NCBI GenBank assembly: GCA_963843575.1
Contig: CAWJKZ010000013.1
Location: forward strand, 1-64,000
Length of the DNA stretch: 64,000 bases
Source of the DNA: an uncultured Acidobacteriota bacterium
GTDB lineage: Bacteria; Acidobacteriota; UBA6911
Direction of reading: 5' to 3'
Part shown: positions 34,881 through 45,163 of the stretch, piece by piece
Layout: each line of letters begins with the position of its first letter
Numbering within the stretch: position 1 is the stretch's first letter
The notes under the pieces: model-generated
Seen by the model: only the letters and a program-made list of their open reading frames with translations
Database searches by the model: none
Told to the model about the DNA's origin: nothing
Translations under genes and position numbers: made by a program

Positions 34881-37800
34881 GTGAAAAGTCACTTCTGGTC
34901 GCATTAGCCGCAGTCATAACGCTTCTCGCAAGCATCCCGGCGCAGGCCCAGGTGTCGGTGCGAGAGGAAAAAATCGTCATGCCGACCTGGGAGATCGGGC
35001 CCGCCGGAGGTGCACTCGCTCTCCCCGAACCCGAGAGGGCCGATCTACCCGTACACCCTCAACGAAGTCCTGACCGACAAGAAGGTCGACAAGGAATACA
35101 ACGGGGTTGTGCTCGAAAACGAGTACATCAGGGTCCTCGTGCTGCCCGAAATCGGCGGGCAGGCTTGCACGGCGCTCTGGACAAGACCAACGACTACGTC
35201 TGGCTCTACTGGCAGAAGACCGTCAAGCCGGGGCTGATCAGCATGACCGGCGCGTGGATCTCGGGAGGCATCGAGTGGAACTTTCCCGCACGGCCACCGG
35301 CCCTCGGGCTTCATGCCCGTCGACCACCGGATCGTGCAGAACGCCGACGGCAGCGGCACCGTCTGGGTGGGCGAGACCGAACCGGTGTACCGGATGCGCT
35401 GGCTGGTGGGGATCACGATCTTCCCGGGCCGGAGCTACCTGCGCTGCGACTACGTCTTCATCAACCCGACCGAATCACAAGCAGCCCTTCCAGTACTGGT
35501 CCACCGCCGCCACCCACGCCAACGAGTGGGCACAGGCGCAGTATCCCGGGGACATGGTGACCGGCCACGGCAAGCACGAATTCTGGAACTGGCCCGTCCA
35601 CAACGGCGTCGACCTCACCTGGTGGAAGAACTCGCCGAACGCCAGCAGCTACTTCGCCTTCAACAATCCCTCGGACTGGTTCGGCACCTACGACCACAAG
35701 GCCCAGGGAGGCATGGTGCACGTGGCCGATCACAACGTGCTCCCCGGGCAAGAAACTCTGGACGTGGGGCTCGGGGCCGTCGGGACGCATCTGGGAAGAC
35801 ATACTCACCGGAGGGGGGCGGCGCCTATTTCGAGCCCCAGGCGGGCGTCTGGAGCGACAACCAGCCGGACTACCACTGGATGTGGCCGCACGAGGTGAAG
35901 ACGGCGCACGACTACTGGTACCCCGTGCGCGACACTCGCGGATATCACAACGCCAACGAGGATTTCGCCGTCAACACCGAACTGCAGAACGGGAAGGCAT
36001 TCGTCGCCGTCTACTCCACCGCGGTCGCGAAGTACCAGAAGATCGTACTGAAGAATGCAACAGTCCGGAGCCGTGCTGGTGGAGAAGACGGCCACCATCG
36101 CGCCCGACAAGCCGTTCACCGCGGAGGTGCGCGTCGCAGGCCGACGTGTCCGTCTACGACCTGCACCTGGCGGTTTACGGTCCCGACGGCAAACTCCGGA
36201 TCGAACTGCAGCAGCAACCGGCCAGGAAAGTCGAACTGCCGCCCGGCCAGAAGGATCCAGGCGACCCCGAAGAAGATGACGCAGGACGAGCTGTACCGAT
36301 TCCGGCGAGTGGCTCACAAGTTCGTCGCGACAGAAGAGGCGTGCCGTATTACCGGGAGGCCCTCCGGAAGAACCCGTCCGACTCGCGGGTGAACACCGAA
36401 TGGGCTTCCTCGCCCTCAAGCAGGGGAAATGGACCGAGGCGCTGAAGTACCTCGACACCGCCCTGCAGCACGACTCGGACAATTCGCGCATCTACTTTGG
36501 GAAGGGCCTCGCGTACGCCGGGCTCTCGCCGGTACGACCAGGCGTCCGTCAACTTCTTCCGTGCGACCTACACCTACGACTATTTCGCTCCGGCGTACCT
36601 GAACCTGGCGAAGCTCAGCCTGAGGGCCGGGGACTACCAGGGCGCGCTCGATCCGCGCGGCGAAGCCGAGAACCAGAACGGCAAGTTCGCCGATATCCAG
36701 GCACTTGAAGGCGGCGGCATACCGCCACCTGGGCGACAACGCGAGCGTGCAGCGGCCGCGGCAGACCGTGCCCTGCAGCTCGATCCCATGCACTTCATGG
36801 GCGGGTACGAGAAGCTCTGGCGCAGAACGGCGGCGCGGGTGTCGCCTCGGCCTGGGAAGCCACCTGGAAGTCGTCATGCGCGACGCCGGCAGAACTACCT
36901 CGAGCTCGCTTCGTCGTACGCCGAGGCGGGGCTGTACAAGGAAGCCGACACTGTCCTGGCCGCGTTCGCCGCCGGCAAGGACGACGCCGCGCTGTACCCG
37001 ATGGTCAACTACATGCGCGGCTATTTCAGGAGCGTGCAGGGGGACTGCGAAATCGGCGGCCGAGTTCTATGCCGCGGGCCACGCGTGGACCCGCGGCCTG
37101 GACAAACCCGCACCGGCTCGAGGAGAAGAGCGGCGCTCGAGGCGGCACTCGCGCAGAATCCGACGGACTCGAACGCGCACCTGTTCCTGGGAAACCTGCT
37201 TTATGCCATGGGCCAGCGGGAGCAGGGCTTCGCGCACTGGAAGAAAGCCGTCGAGACCAACGACAGGCTCTCTCTCGCCTGGCGCAACGTCGCGTACGCG
37301 GAAAATCAGCTGAACAAGAACCTGAAGGCATCGCTGCAGGCGTACCGGAAGACGATGGAAATCGCGCCGGACGATGCCCGCGCGCTTCTCGAGATGGACG
37401 AGGTCGCGGAACGGGCGAAAGCTGGCGTCTTCCGAACGGCTGGCCTACCTCAAACAGCACGCGGCGGCAATCGAGATCCGCGACGACCTCGTCGCACGCG
37501 CGATCGACCTGCAGCTGGAGATCGGAGGCGCGGAGAATCTGAAGGCCGCCTACGATACGCTGAAATCGCGGCACTTCCACAGCTGGGAGGGGGGCTACGG
37601 AATCCACGACGCCTGGGTCGAAGTGAACCAGAAACTCGGGGATGCCGCCTTCAAGGCAAAGAACTACGCCGCGGCCCTCGAACGCTACAGGGAGGCGTGC
37701 CTCTACCCGGGTAACCTCGAGGTCGCCGCACGCACGCCCGATTTCCGGGCGCACGTGAACTGGAATCTCGCCAAGGTCAGTCTCGCGCTGGGCAACCGCC

Positions 37801-38146
37801 AGGATACCGACCGCTACCTGAAGAGCATCCTAGCGGAGAAGTACAGCACGCCGCACATCGGCGCGTATTACCAGGCGCTCGCGCAAAAGGCCCTGAGGAA
37901 TGACGCGGCGGCAACGGCCCTGCTGGACGCGCTCGAGAAAAAAGCCCGCGAATACACGTCGGGCAAATTCGAGTACCGCGGCATCCCCGAAATCATCGGC
38001 AACGTGCTGCTGTCCCTGGTCCTGGCCGAGCGCGGCGACAAGCCCAACTCCGAAGCGGCCCGCAAGAAGGCTCTGGCAAAGACCCGCGCGCCCTCCGCCA
38101 GGCCATCCGGGAAGCCCAACTCTCTTTCGCCTCCGCCCATCAATAG
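34881..38146 (+). CDS. DUF5107-TPR protein, many frameshifts
   Basis: Fragments LENEYIRVLVLPEIGG, GAWISGGIEWNF, GVDLTWWKN, SDNQPDY, HFHSWEGG parallel the intact paralog at 47924. Confidence 0.75.
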
Positions 38147-38213
38147 GGGACCAGGACGAGTGGAAGTGTATTATAAAAAAGAATACTTAAATGAATTTAT
38201 GCTCCCGAAAACC

Positions 38214-38307
38214 CCTTAAATCAAATTTTTGGGGCTGTTTTTTCGAATTAAGCAGCCTGGAATCCGATTTATAGGGGCAAAAACAGGCCCAAAAATCCGA
38301 TTTAAGG
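38214..38307. repeat. 29-bp inverted repeat (3 mismatches) in an AT-rich spacer
   Basis: CCTTAAATCAAATTTTTGGGGCTGTTTTT (38214-38242) vs AAAAACAGGCCCAAAAATCCGATTTAAGG (38279-38307). Confidence 0.65.
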
Positions 38308-38351
38308 AGCTTTAGGATCGACAGGTAAATATTGACTTCATGGAGGTTATC

Positions 38352-39578
38352 GTGGTCCGTCCCCTATTGGCTTTGCTTTTGATGGCATCGATGGGGTGGG
38401 GGCAGCAGGTTTACCAGGAGAAGCGGGTGCCGGCGACGGATTTTGCAGTGATGTCGTGGGGGCCCGCATCGGCCGATCCCCAGCAGTTGCAGTGGATGAA
38501 AGATGTCGGGCTCAACATCGCCGGGTTCGGGAAGGTCGCCGACCTGCCCTCCTTCGAGCAGGCGGGACTCCAGGTGTTCGTCTCGGACCGCCGCGTCAAC
38601 GGCTACGATTTTGACAAGCCGCTGGATGAGGCCCTGGTCCGGAAGAACCTGCAGTCGCTCGCGGCTGAGGTCGGCAAGAGCCCTTCGGTACTCGGGTTCA
38701 TGCTGCAGGACGAGCCGCACGCACGCGCCATGCCGAGCCTGGGACTCGTGGCGAGAGTCATCCAGGAACTCATGCCGGGCAAATTGCCTTACGTGAACCT
38801 CTTCCCCGTCCGCGTCTCCCCGGAGCGCATGGGGACCACCACTTACGACGCGTACGTCCGAATGCTGGTCGACACCATCCACCAGCCCTTTCTCAGCTAC
38901 GACAACTACTCCCTGATAAAGGGGGAGATGCTCGACTGGTTCTACGTGAACCTGGAAGTTGTGCGCCGGCTCTCGGTGCAGACGGGCGTGCCGCTGTGGA
39001 ACTGCGTCCTGTCGAACGCCCATTTCAACTACATGGAAAACACCGACGCCACCTATAATCTCCAGGCCTACGCCACCATGGCCCACGGCGGCCGCGGCAT
39101 CCAATACTTCAGCTACTTCACCTGGTCCAACGGGAACTATCGTCTCGGCCCCATCGACCAGTTCGGAAACAAGACTCCGTCGTGGGACATGATGCGCCGG
39201 GTAAACAACCAGATTCACGCGTTGGCCCCGACACTGAAGAAGCTGAAGAGCACGGGCGTGTATCACTACCCTGACGTGCCGCAGGAGTGCAGACCCCTGA
39301 GCGAAAGCAAACTCGTTCAGTCGGTCGACATGACGCAGCGGTACGTCGTGCCGCCCGTCCAGGGACGCTTCCTGATTGGCGAGCTGGTCGACGACGCCGG
39401 CCGCCCGTACCTGATGCTCGTCAACAAGGACCTGAACAATTCGTTCCAGTACAAAATCAACCTGAAGAAGGGAACGAAGCTGGTCCACGTCTCGCAGTAT
39501 TCCGGACGCGAGGAGCCTTTCGGCCGCGAGATGGATTGGGTGGCCCCCGGCGCCGGCCACCTGTTCCGCGTCGAATAA
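38352..39578 (+). CDS. Secreted putative clan-A glycoside hydrolase-like TIM-barrel protein
   Basis: Signal peptide; GFMLQDEP, PYVNLFP, LSYDNY, GIQYFSY; GGAGG before GTG. Confidence 0.6.
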   Translation: MVRPLLALLLMASMGWGQQVYQEKRVPATDFAVMSWGPASADPQQLQWMKDVGLNIAGFGKVADLPSFEQAGLQVFVSDRRVNGYDFDKPLDEALVRKNLQSLAAEVGKSPSVLGFMLQDEPHARAMPSLGLVARVIQELMPGKLPYVNLFPVRVSPERMGTTTYDAYVRMLVDTIHQPFLSYDNYSLIKGEMLDWFYVNLEVVRRLSVQTGVPLWNCVLSNAHFNYMENTDATYNLQAYATMAHGGRGIQYFSYFTWSNGNYRLGPIDQFGNKTPSWDMMRRVNNQIHALAPTLKKLKSTGVYHYPDVPQECRPLSESKLVQSVDMTQRYVVPPVQGRFLIGELVDDAGRPYLMLVNKDLNNSFQYKINLKKGTKLVHVSQYSGREEPFGREMDWVAPGAGHLFRVE

Positions 39579-39770
39579 GCCCGGAAAGCTCGGCCGGGAA
39601 CTGACTGGCCTTCATTCCGTGGCCCCAACGCCACCGGCATCTCGGAGGGATATCCTCTGCCCGTGACTTGGGACGTCCAGAAGGGTGAAAACGTCCTCTG
39701 GAAAACCCCAATCCCCGGCCTCCTCATCCGCACACAGAACAGCCTGCTCGCCATCGCCTCCCGCAAGTGA
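39579..39770 (+). pseudogene. Internally deleted remnant of a PQQ-like beta-propeller gene
   Basis: [44 protein letters not shown] joined in frame to [15 protein letters not shown]; no start codon. Confidence 0.7.
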
Positions 39771-39775
39771 CGCGT

Positions 39776-39810
39776 GTGTGCGGGCTGACACGTCGTGTCA
39801 GCCCGCACAC
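39776..39810. promoter_or_regulatory. Perfect 16-bp inverted repeat made of two GTGT-N8-ACAC sites (enhancer-like; could be a terminator)
   Basis: GTGTGCGGGCTGACAC-GTC-GTGTCAGCCCGCACAC, ~55-90 bp upstream of a -24/-12 element. Confidence 0.55.
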
Positions 39811-39863
39811 GTCCGACTCTGCCTCGCCTGGCCCAAACTCTTTGTTTTTATCAACATAAGTTG

Positions 39864-39878
39864 TGGCAGGCCATTTGC
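39864..39878 (+). promoter_or_regulatory. Sigma54 -24/-12 promoter of the L,D-transpeptidase
   Basis: TGGCAG-GCCAT-TTGC fits TGGCAC-N5-TTGC with correct GG-N10-GC spacing. Confidence 0.72.
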
Positions 39879-39911
39879 GGTATCGCTGGTGTAGTGCATT
39901 GGAGACCAGCG

Positions 39912-40517
39912 ATGCGAATCCCGGGAACCCAAACCAGAGCAACAGCCCTCGCCTCGGTGATCCTGATGACGGCCGCGGCAGTCGCAGCCGAGGACCGGAT
40001 CCGGAAAACCAAACCCACGGGTTCTGCAGGCCCCGGGACCGCTTGCCGGACGATCGTGGTGAGCATTCCCGACCGGAAACTCGCGATTCTCGAAGGCGAC
40101 AGGGTGCTCGGAGTCTTCGATACCGCCGTGGGCAAACCGGCCAGCCCGAGCCCTTCGGGCACATTCACGATCGTGAACCGGCTCACCCACCCGACCTATT
40201 ACAGGCCGGGCAAGGTGGTCGAACCCGGAGACGGCAATCCGCTGGGAACCCGATGGATCGGACTCAGCCTGCCGGGGTACGGCATCCACGGCACCAACAG
40301 CACCCGTTCGATCGGCCGCGCCGCGTCACACGGTTGCATCCGGATGCGGAACCGGGAGGTCGAAGAACTGTTCGAGCTCGTGCGGGTGGGCGATGTCGTC
40401 GAACTGCACGCCACGACGGACGAGCGCCTGCACCGCATCTTCGGGCCGGGGCCCGCGCCCGTGTCTGAAACCGCCCAACTGCATGCCCCGGCTTCCGCAA
40501 GAGCAACAGTCCAGTAG
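39912..40517 (+). CDS. L,D-transpeptidase (YkuD family)
   Basis: Signal peptide; TAVGK..SPSPSG, NPLGTRWIGL, YGIHGTN...SHGCIRM; GGAG RBS. Confidence 0.92.
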   Translation: MRIPGTQTRATALASVILMTAAAVAAEDRIRKTKPTGSAGPGTACRTIVVSIPDRKLAILEGDRVLGVFDTAVGKPASPSPSGTFTIVNRLTHPTYYRPGKVVEPGDGNPLGTRWIGLSLPGYGIHGTNSTRSIGRAASHGCIRMRNREVEELFELVRVGDVVELHATTDERLHRIFGPGPAPVSETAQLHAPASARATVQ

Positions 40518-40531
40518 GGAGGACTCAAACC

Positions 40532-40681
40532 GTGGAAGGTCTGCTCTCTTTCGCGGTCGTCGGCACGGCCATGGCGACATGCGCCGGGTTCGGCGCCCTG
40601 GTCGCCTGGCTGAGCCTTGAAGGAGTGTTCCACCTGATCAACAAATCGCAGGTCCGGCGCGAGCCGGCAAGGAGAAGGTGA
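40532..40681 (+). CDS. 49-aa single-pass membrane protein (below ORF-track cutoff)
   Basis: GGAGG then GTG; MEGLLSFAVVGTAMATCAGFGALVAWLSLEGVFHLINKSQVRREPARRR. Confidence 0.65.
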   Translation: MEGLLSFAVVGTAMATCAGFGALVAWLSLEGVFHLINKSQVRREPARRR

Positions 40682-40914
40682 CTATGATGGTCCCGATGGA
40701 CGGGAAATCCCCCTCACGAATGATGTCCTGCGCAATAATCCGATGAACATCGCAATGCCCGGATCGTCGGAAGACCCCGACAAGTGAGCGGGCTCCCGGC
40801 GGCAGGCCGCCGGAGCCGTCCGATGTCGCACGACGCTTCCGGCAGGCACAGCGTGGGCCTGGGAAGAAGGCGGGTATGGATTTACCCGCGGCGGTGGTGA
40901 GATGATAGGCAGCC

Positions 40915-42066
40915 GTGAGTCCTCGATGGCAGGCTTTTTTCCTCGCCGGGTTCATCTTGCTCGCCGACGCGGCCGGGCAACCGCAGACTTCCGGGGATGC
41001 CCTGCCGGAGTTGGCGGATAAGGTGGTCGGCCTGCTGGGACCGGTCCGCGAGGCCGAAGTGTCCCTCCGCAATCTGACATCCGCGCCGGCTGCGGGAATT
41101 CGGCCGGCGCGGGCTGCGTTCGAGCGTGAGCTGAAACGCGCGGGCCTGATCCTGACGGGATCAGCGGCGACCCGGGTGCTGGTCACGATATCGGAAAGCC
41201 TGGATTCGCGGATCTGGACCGCCGAGATCCTGCGGTCGGACAGGCGCGATGTGGTCATGGTCTCCCGAAAACGACCGCCGGCCGCGGATCAGGCAGGATC
41301 GAGCCTGCCGGCAGAGATCAGGCGCCGTCTCGTCCTCGAGCAGAGCGATCCGATACTCGACGTGGCGATGGCCGGCGACGACCTCCTCGTGCTGAGCCCG
41401 ACTTCGCTTTCGGTTTCCCGCCGTTCCAGTCAAGGCTGGGAAACAAAACAGGAAGTTCCCCTGCCGGAGTCGTACGCCCAGTCCCGCGATCTGCGTGGCC
41501 GGCTGGTCCCGAGGCAGGGTGGTTTCACCGCCTATCTGCCCGGCCTGACTTGCGACGCGGGGATGGATCCGACCCTGCACGCCAGTTGCGGCGCGGGAGA
41601 ACCAGATTGGCCCTTGGGCCTCGGGAACGTTAAGCTCGCACCGGGACGCAATTTCTTCACCCGCGGGACCCTGCCGCCCTTCTTCTCCCTGGCCGCGGTC
41701 CAGGCGGAGGATGCCCGCTGGATCTGCGCGGGGGTGGACGGGCGTGTGCGCGTCCTGGACGGGGACCTTCAGCAGATCGGGTCATTGGACGGCTTCGGCA
41801 GCGATGTCGCGGCGCTTTCGAATCCGTGCGGTCCCGGGGCTGCGCTGATCGCGTCCCTTCCGCCGTCCGCGCCGGGACGGTGCGCCCTCCGCGCGTTCGA
41901 GGTCTCCAGCGGCCAGGCGGTGCCATTGAGCCCGGCACTCGAACTGCCCGGCACGCTGACCGCCCTGTGGCCTTCGGAATCCAGCGCTGCCGTCGTCGCA
42001 GTAACCCGCAACACCCGGAATGGCAACCATGCGGCATATCAGCTGTTTCTTTCTTGCGGCCGTTAG
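40915..42066 (+). CDS. Secreted hypothetical protein
   Basis: Signal peptide; QSRDLRGRL, PGRNFF, FGSDVA segments; overlaps next gene. Confidence 0.7.
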   Translation: MSPRWQAFFLAGFILLADAAGQPQTSGDALPELADKVVGLLGPVREAEVSLRNLTSAPAAGIRPARAAFERELKRAGLILTGSAATRVLVTISESLDSRIWTAEILRSDRRDVVMVSRKRPPAADQAGSSLPAEIRRRLVLEQSDPILDVAMAGDDLLVLSPTSLSVSRRSSQGWETKQEVPLPESYAQSRDLRGRLVPRQGGFTAYLPGLTCDAGMDPTLHASCGAGEPDWPLGLGNVKLAPGRNFFTRGTLPPFFSLAAVQAEDARWICAGVDGRVRVLDGDLQQIGSLDGFGSDVAALSNPCGPGAALIASLPPSAPGRCALRAFEVSSGQAVPLSPALELPGTLTALWPSESSAAVVAVTRNTRNGNHAAYQLFLSCGR

Positions 42067-43405
42067 CCTCGCGATTCTGCTGCGCGCGCAGACAACGACT
42101 CGTCCGAGATACGGCGGCGTCCTGCGGGTGGAGACGGCGTTTCCCATCCGAGCCCTCGATCCAGCCGCCGGACCGGACGACTGCCCGCCGTGCTCCCGGC
42201 TGACCGGCCTCGTGTTCGATCGCCTGGTTCAATTGGATGAAACCGGGGTCGTGAAGCCCGCGCTGGCAGTCTCCTGGCGTCACGACCTGACTGGAGAGCG
42301 CTGGCATTTCCGGTTGAGGCCCTGGGTGAAATTCCACGATGGCTCCCCCCTCACAGCCGCTTCAGCAGCCGCGGCCTTGAATGCGATCTCCAGGGGTTTG
42401 CGGTTCAGCTCATCCGTGGACGGCGAACTCGTAGTCGAGGCCCCTCCTTCAACCCGTGTCGACCTGGAGCTGGCCGAGCCGCCCAATTACGTCTTCGTCC
42501 GCGGTGCCGACAAGACGTTCTCAGGAACAGGGGCGTACCGCGTGGTGCCTGCTCAGGCGCCGCGGCGGGTTCACCTCCAGGCGAACGAAGAGCATTGGGC
42601 GGGGAGGCCGTTTCTAGATTCCATAACGGTTGAGACGGGGCGGCCGTGGCGCGAGCAACTCCTGGACCTGGAACTCGGCCGGGCGGATGTCGTCGACCTC
42701 CTCCCGGCCGATGAGCGCCGCGTGTCGGAACGCGGGGGGATCGTGTGGACTTCCGGGCCGTCCGTCCTGCTCGCCCTGCGTCTCGACACTACCCGACCGG
42801 CCCTCGAGAGGGCGGCGCTGAGGGAAGCGCTCGCCCTCTCGATCGATCGCGACGCCATCTACCGCGTCCTGCTGCAGAAACACGGGGAACCCGCCGGAGC
42901 GCTTCTGCCGCAATGGCTCAGCGGCTATGCGTTCCTGTTCCCCTCGGCCTATGCTCCGGCCCGCGCCCGGCAACTGCTCGCCCCGGGGAACGCCTCTCAG
43001 CCGCTTGCCTTGACGGTTGATCCCGCGGACGGCCTCGCGAGACTGGTGGCCGACCGAATCGCCGTCAATGCGCGCGAGGTCGGCCTCACGCTGCGGGTGA
43101 CCGCGGGAGGATCCGGGACGGCAGACATCGAGATGGTGCGCATCCCGATAACCTCGTCCCGCCCGGCGGCGGCGCTCGGTGCCATCGCCGCGGCATTGAG
43201 GCTGTCCTTCACGCCGGTCGATACCCCGCCGGGGCTGTACGAGCAGGAACGGACCCTCCTGGCGGATTTCCGGGTCGTCCCACTCTTCCACGTACCCGTA
43301 ATCAGCGCGTCCGCCGCCAGGGTCAGGACTTGGGCGACGCCCGGTGTGGGCCGGCTCGGCGAGTGGCATTTCGAAGACGTGTGGCTGGATCAGGGGGCCC
43401 AGTGA
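42029..43405 (+). CDS. Family-5 (peptide/nickel) solute-binding protein-like
   Basis: RPRYGGVLRV, VFDRLV, PALAVSW, VKFHDGSPLTA, GTGAY, LREALALSIDR. Confidence 0.85.
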   Translation: MRHISCFFLAAVSLAILLRAQTTTRPRYGGVLRVETAFPIRALDPAAGPDDCPPCSRLTGLVFDRLVQLDETGVVKPALAVSWRHDLTGERWHFRLRPWVKFHDGSPLTAASAAAALNAISRGLRFSSSVDGELVVEAPPSTRVDLELAEPPNYVFVRGADKTFSGTGAYRVVPAQAPRRVHLQANEEHWAGRPFLDSITVETGRPWREQLLDLELGRADVVDLLPADERRVSERGGIVWTSGPSVLLALRLDTTRPALERAALREALALSIDRDAIYRVLLQKHGEPAGALLPQWLSGYAFLFPSAYAPARARQLLAPGNASQPLALTVDPADGLARLVADRIAVNAREVGLTLRVTAGGSGTADIEMVRIPITSSRPAAALGAIAAALRLSFTPVDTPPGLYEQERTLLADFRVVPLFHVPVISASAARVRTWATPGVGRLGEWHFEDVWLDQGAQ

Positions 43406-45162
43406 ACTTCCGCAAGCGCCTGCTCCTCATGATCGTACTGGTGGTCTTCGCCGCTGTCGGGCTCGTCACCTGGACGGTCTCGTCTTCGACGACGCGTGTT
43501 TTTGAATCGCTGGAAGAGCAGCGCCTGGCCGCCCTGGTGGCGCAGTTTGACCGCGAGTACGCGCGGTTCGGCGAAGAGGTGGTGCAACGCCTGGAGAGGG
43601 TGGCCGCCACCGATCAGGTTCTGCGGCTCGCCGTCGAGTTGGATCGCGCGGAACTCAACCTGGCCGAGCATGTCGACGACGCGGCAGCCCTCGCCCGCAG
43701 TCACGGACTCGACTTCCTCGAATTCGCGGGTTCCGACGGAACGATAATCTCGTCCGCGCAGTGGCCGGCGCGTTTCGGTTACCGTGCGGCATGGCTTCCG
43801 GATCCCCGCGCCCCCGGGGCATTCCTGAGGCGCGAGGAAATGGCGGACCGCACGGAAATCGCCCTCGTGGCCGTCCGTGAGGTGGGCACGGGGGGGAAAA
43901 GGCTCCTCGTCTCGGGAGGGCAGCGTCTCGACAGCCGCTTCCTTCGTTCACTCCTCCTGCCGACCGGGACCCGTGCCCTGCTCTATGCGAATCTGCGTCA
44001 GGAGTTTTCGCCGGCCCTGCTCGTGGACGCTTCCGGTTCCGCCGCGGAGGCGGGCAAACTGCAGCGCGCTATCCAGCAAGCTCTTCGGACCAACGCGGAA
44101 CGCAGCACCACCGTCCGTTGGGAGTCTGGACCGGAAACCATCCAGGCGATTCCGCTGAACGGCGGCGCAGGCGAGCCGCTCGGAGTGCTGCTGTTTGGCA
44201 GTTCACGGGCCGAACTCGCGGCCCTGGTCCGCCGGATCCGCCTCGCCGGTTATCTCATCGGGGGCGCCGGCGTACTGTTCGGGATCGCGCTGAGCTACTG
44301 GGTCGCCGCCCGCATCACGAGGCCGCTGGGACTGCTGGCTGCCGCAGCCCGCAAGGTCGCCGGCGGGAGCTGGGATACCCGCGTGGAGATCCCTTCCACG
44401 GACGAAATCGGCCAGCTCGCCGGCGCATTCAACGCCATGACCGCCCAGCTTCGCGATCAGAGGGACCGGCTGGTCCAGGCGGAGAGGGTTGCCGCGTGGC
44501 GCGAACTGGCGCGCCGCCTCGCGCACGAGCTGAAGAACCCGCTTTTTCCCCTCCAGATCACGGTGGAGAACCTCCAGCGGAGCCGGAAGCTCCCCGACGC
44601 GCAGTTCGAAGACGTGTTCCGCGAATCGACGGGCATGCTTCTCGCGGAATTGGGGAAGCTGAAAACCATCATCGCGCGGTTCAGCGACTTCGCCAGGATG
44701 CCGCGGCCCCAGCTGGAACCGGTCGACCTGAATGGCCTCGTCGCCGACACCCTCCGGCTTTTCGAGGCACAACTGCGCACGGCCGGCCGGCCGGCGATCG
44801 AAACGGAAACCTCTTGCGACCCTGGGCTCGGGCCGATTCCCGCCGACGCCGAGCAGATGGGAAGGGCGCTGCAGAACCTGATCCTCAATGCCGTCGACGC
44901 GATGCCGGACGGGGGCAAACTCGCGATCCGGACACGGAAAACCAACGACAGCGTCGTGCTCGAGGTGTCCGATTCGGGGGAAGGCCTGACCCGGGAGGAA
45001 ACAGAGCGTCTTTTTACCCCGTATTACACGACCAAGCAGCACGGGAGCGGTCTGGGGCTGGCCATCGTGCAATCGGTGGTCAGCGACCACCACGGCAAGA
45101 TTTCGGTCGAAAGCGAACGCGGTCGAGGCACCACATTCAGGATAGAATTGAACAGGGCCTGA
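43402..45162 (+). CDS. HAMP-domain sensor histidine kinase
   Basis: Two TM segments, HAMP, AWRELARRLAHELKNPL, DSGEG, GSGLGL; GTGA overlap with upstream gene. Confidence 0.92.
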   Translation: MNFRKRLLLMIVLVVFAAVGLVTWTVSSSTTRVFESLEEQRLAALVAQFDREYARFGEEVVQRLERVAATDQVLRLAVELDRAELNLAEHVDDAAALARSHGLDFLEFAGSDGTIISSAQWPARFGYRAAWLPDPRAPGAFLRREEMADRTEIALVAVREVGTGGKRLLVSGGQRLDSRFLRSLLLPTGTRALLYANLRQEFSPALLVDASGSAAEAGKLQRAIQQALRTNAERSTTVRWESGPETIQAIPLNGGAGEPLGVLLFGSSRAELAALVRRIRLAGYLIGGAGVLFGIALSYWVAARITRPLGLLAAAARKVAGGSWDTRVEIPSTDEIGQLAGAFNAMTAQLRDQRDRLVQAERVAAWRELARRLAHELKNPLFPLQITVENLQRSRKLPDAQFEDVFRESTGMLLAELGKLKTIIARFSDFARMPRPQLEPVDLNGLVADTLRLFEAQLRTAGRPAIETETSCDPGLGPIPADAEQMGRALQNLILNAVDAMPDGGKLAIRTRKTNDSVVLEVSDSGEGLTREETERLFTPYYTTKQHGSGLGLAIVQSVVSDHHGKISVESERGRGTTFRIELNRA

Positions 45163-45163
45163 C

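Noticed and set aside
32673-38146. Programmed frameshifting or true pseudogenes
   Set aside because: Indels are numerous and scattered, with no consistent slippery sites; the adapter evidence favours read error.
39841-39863. IHF site at the L,D-transpeptidase promoter
   Set aside because: TATCAACATAAGTT does not fit WATCAANNNNTTR spacing; kept only as an AT-rich spacer.
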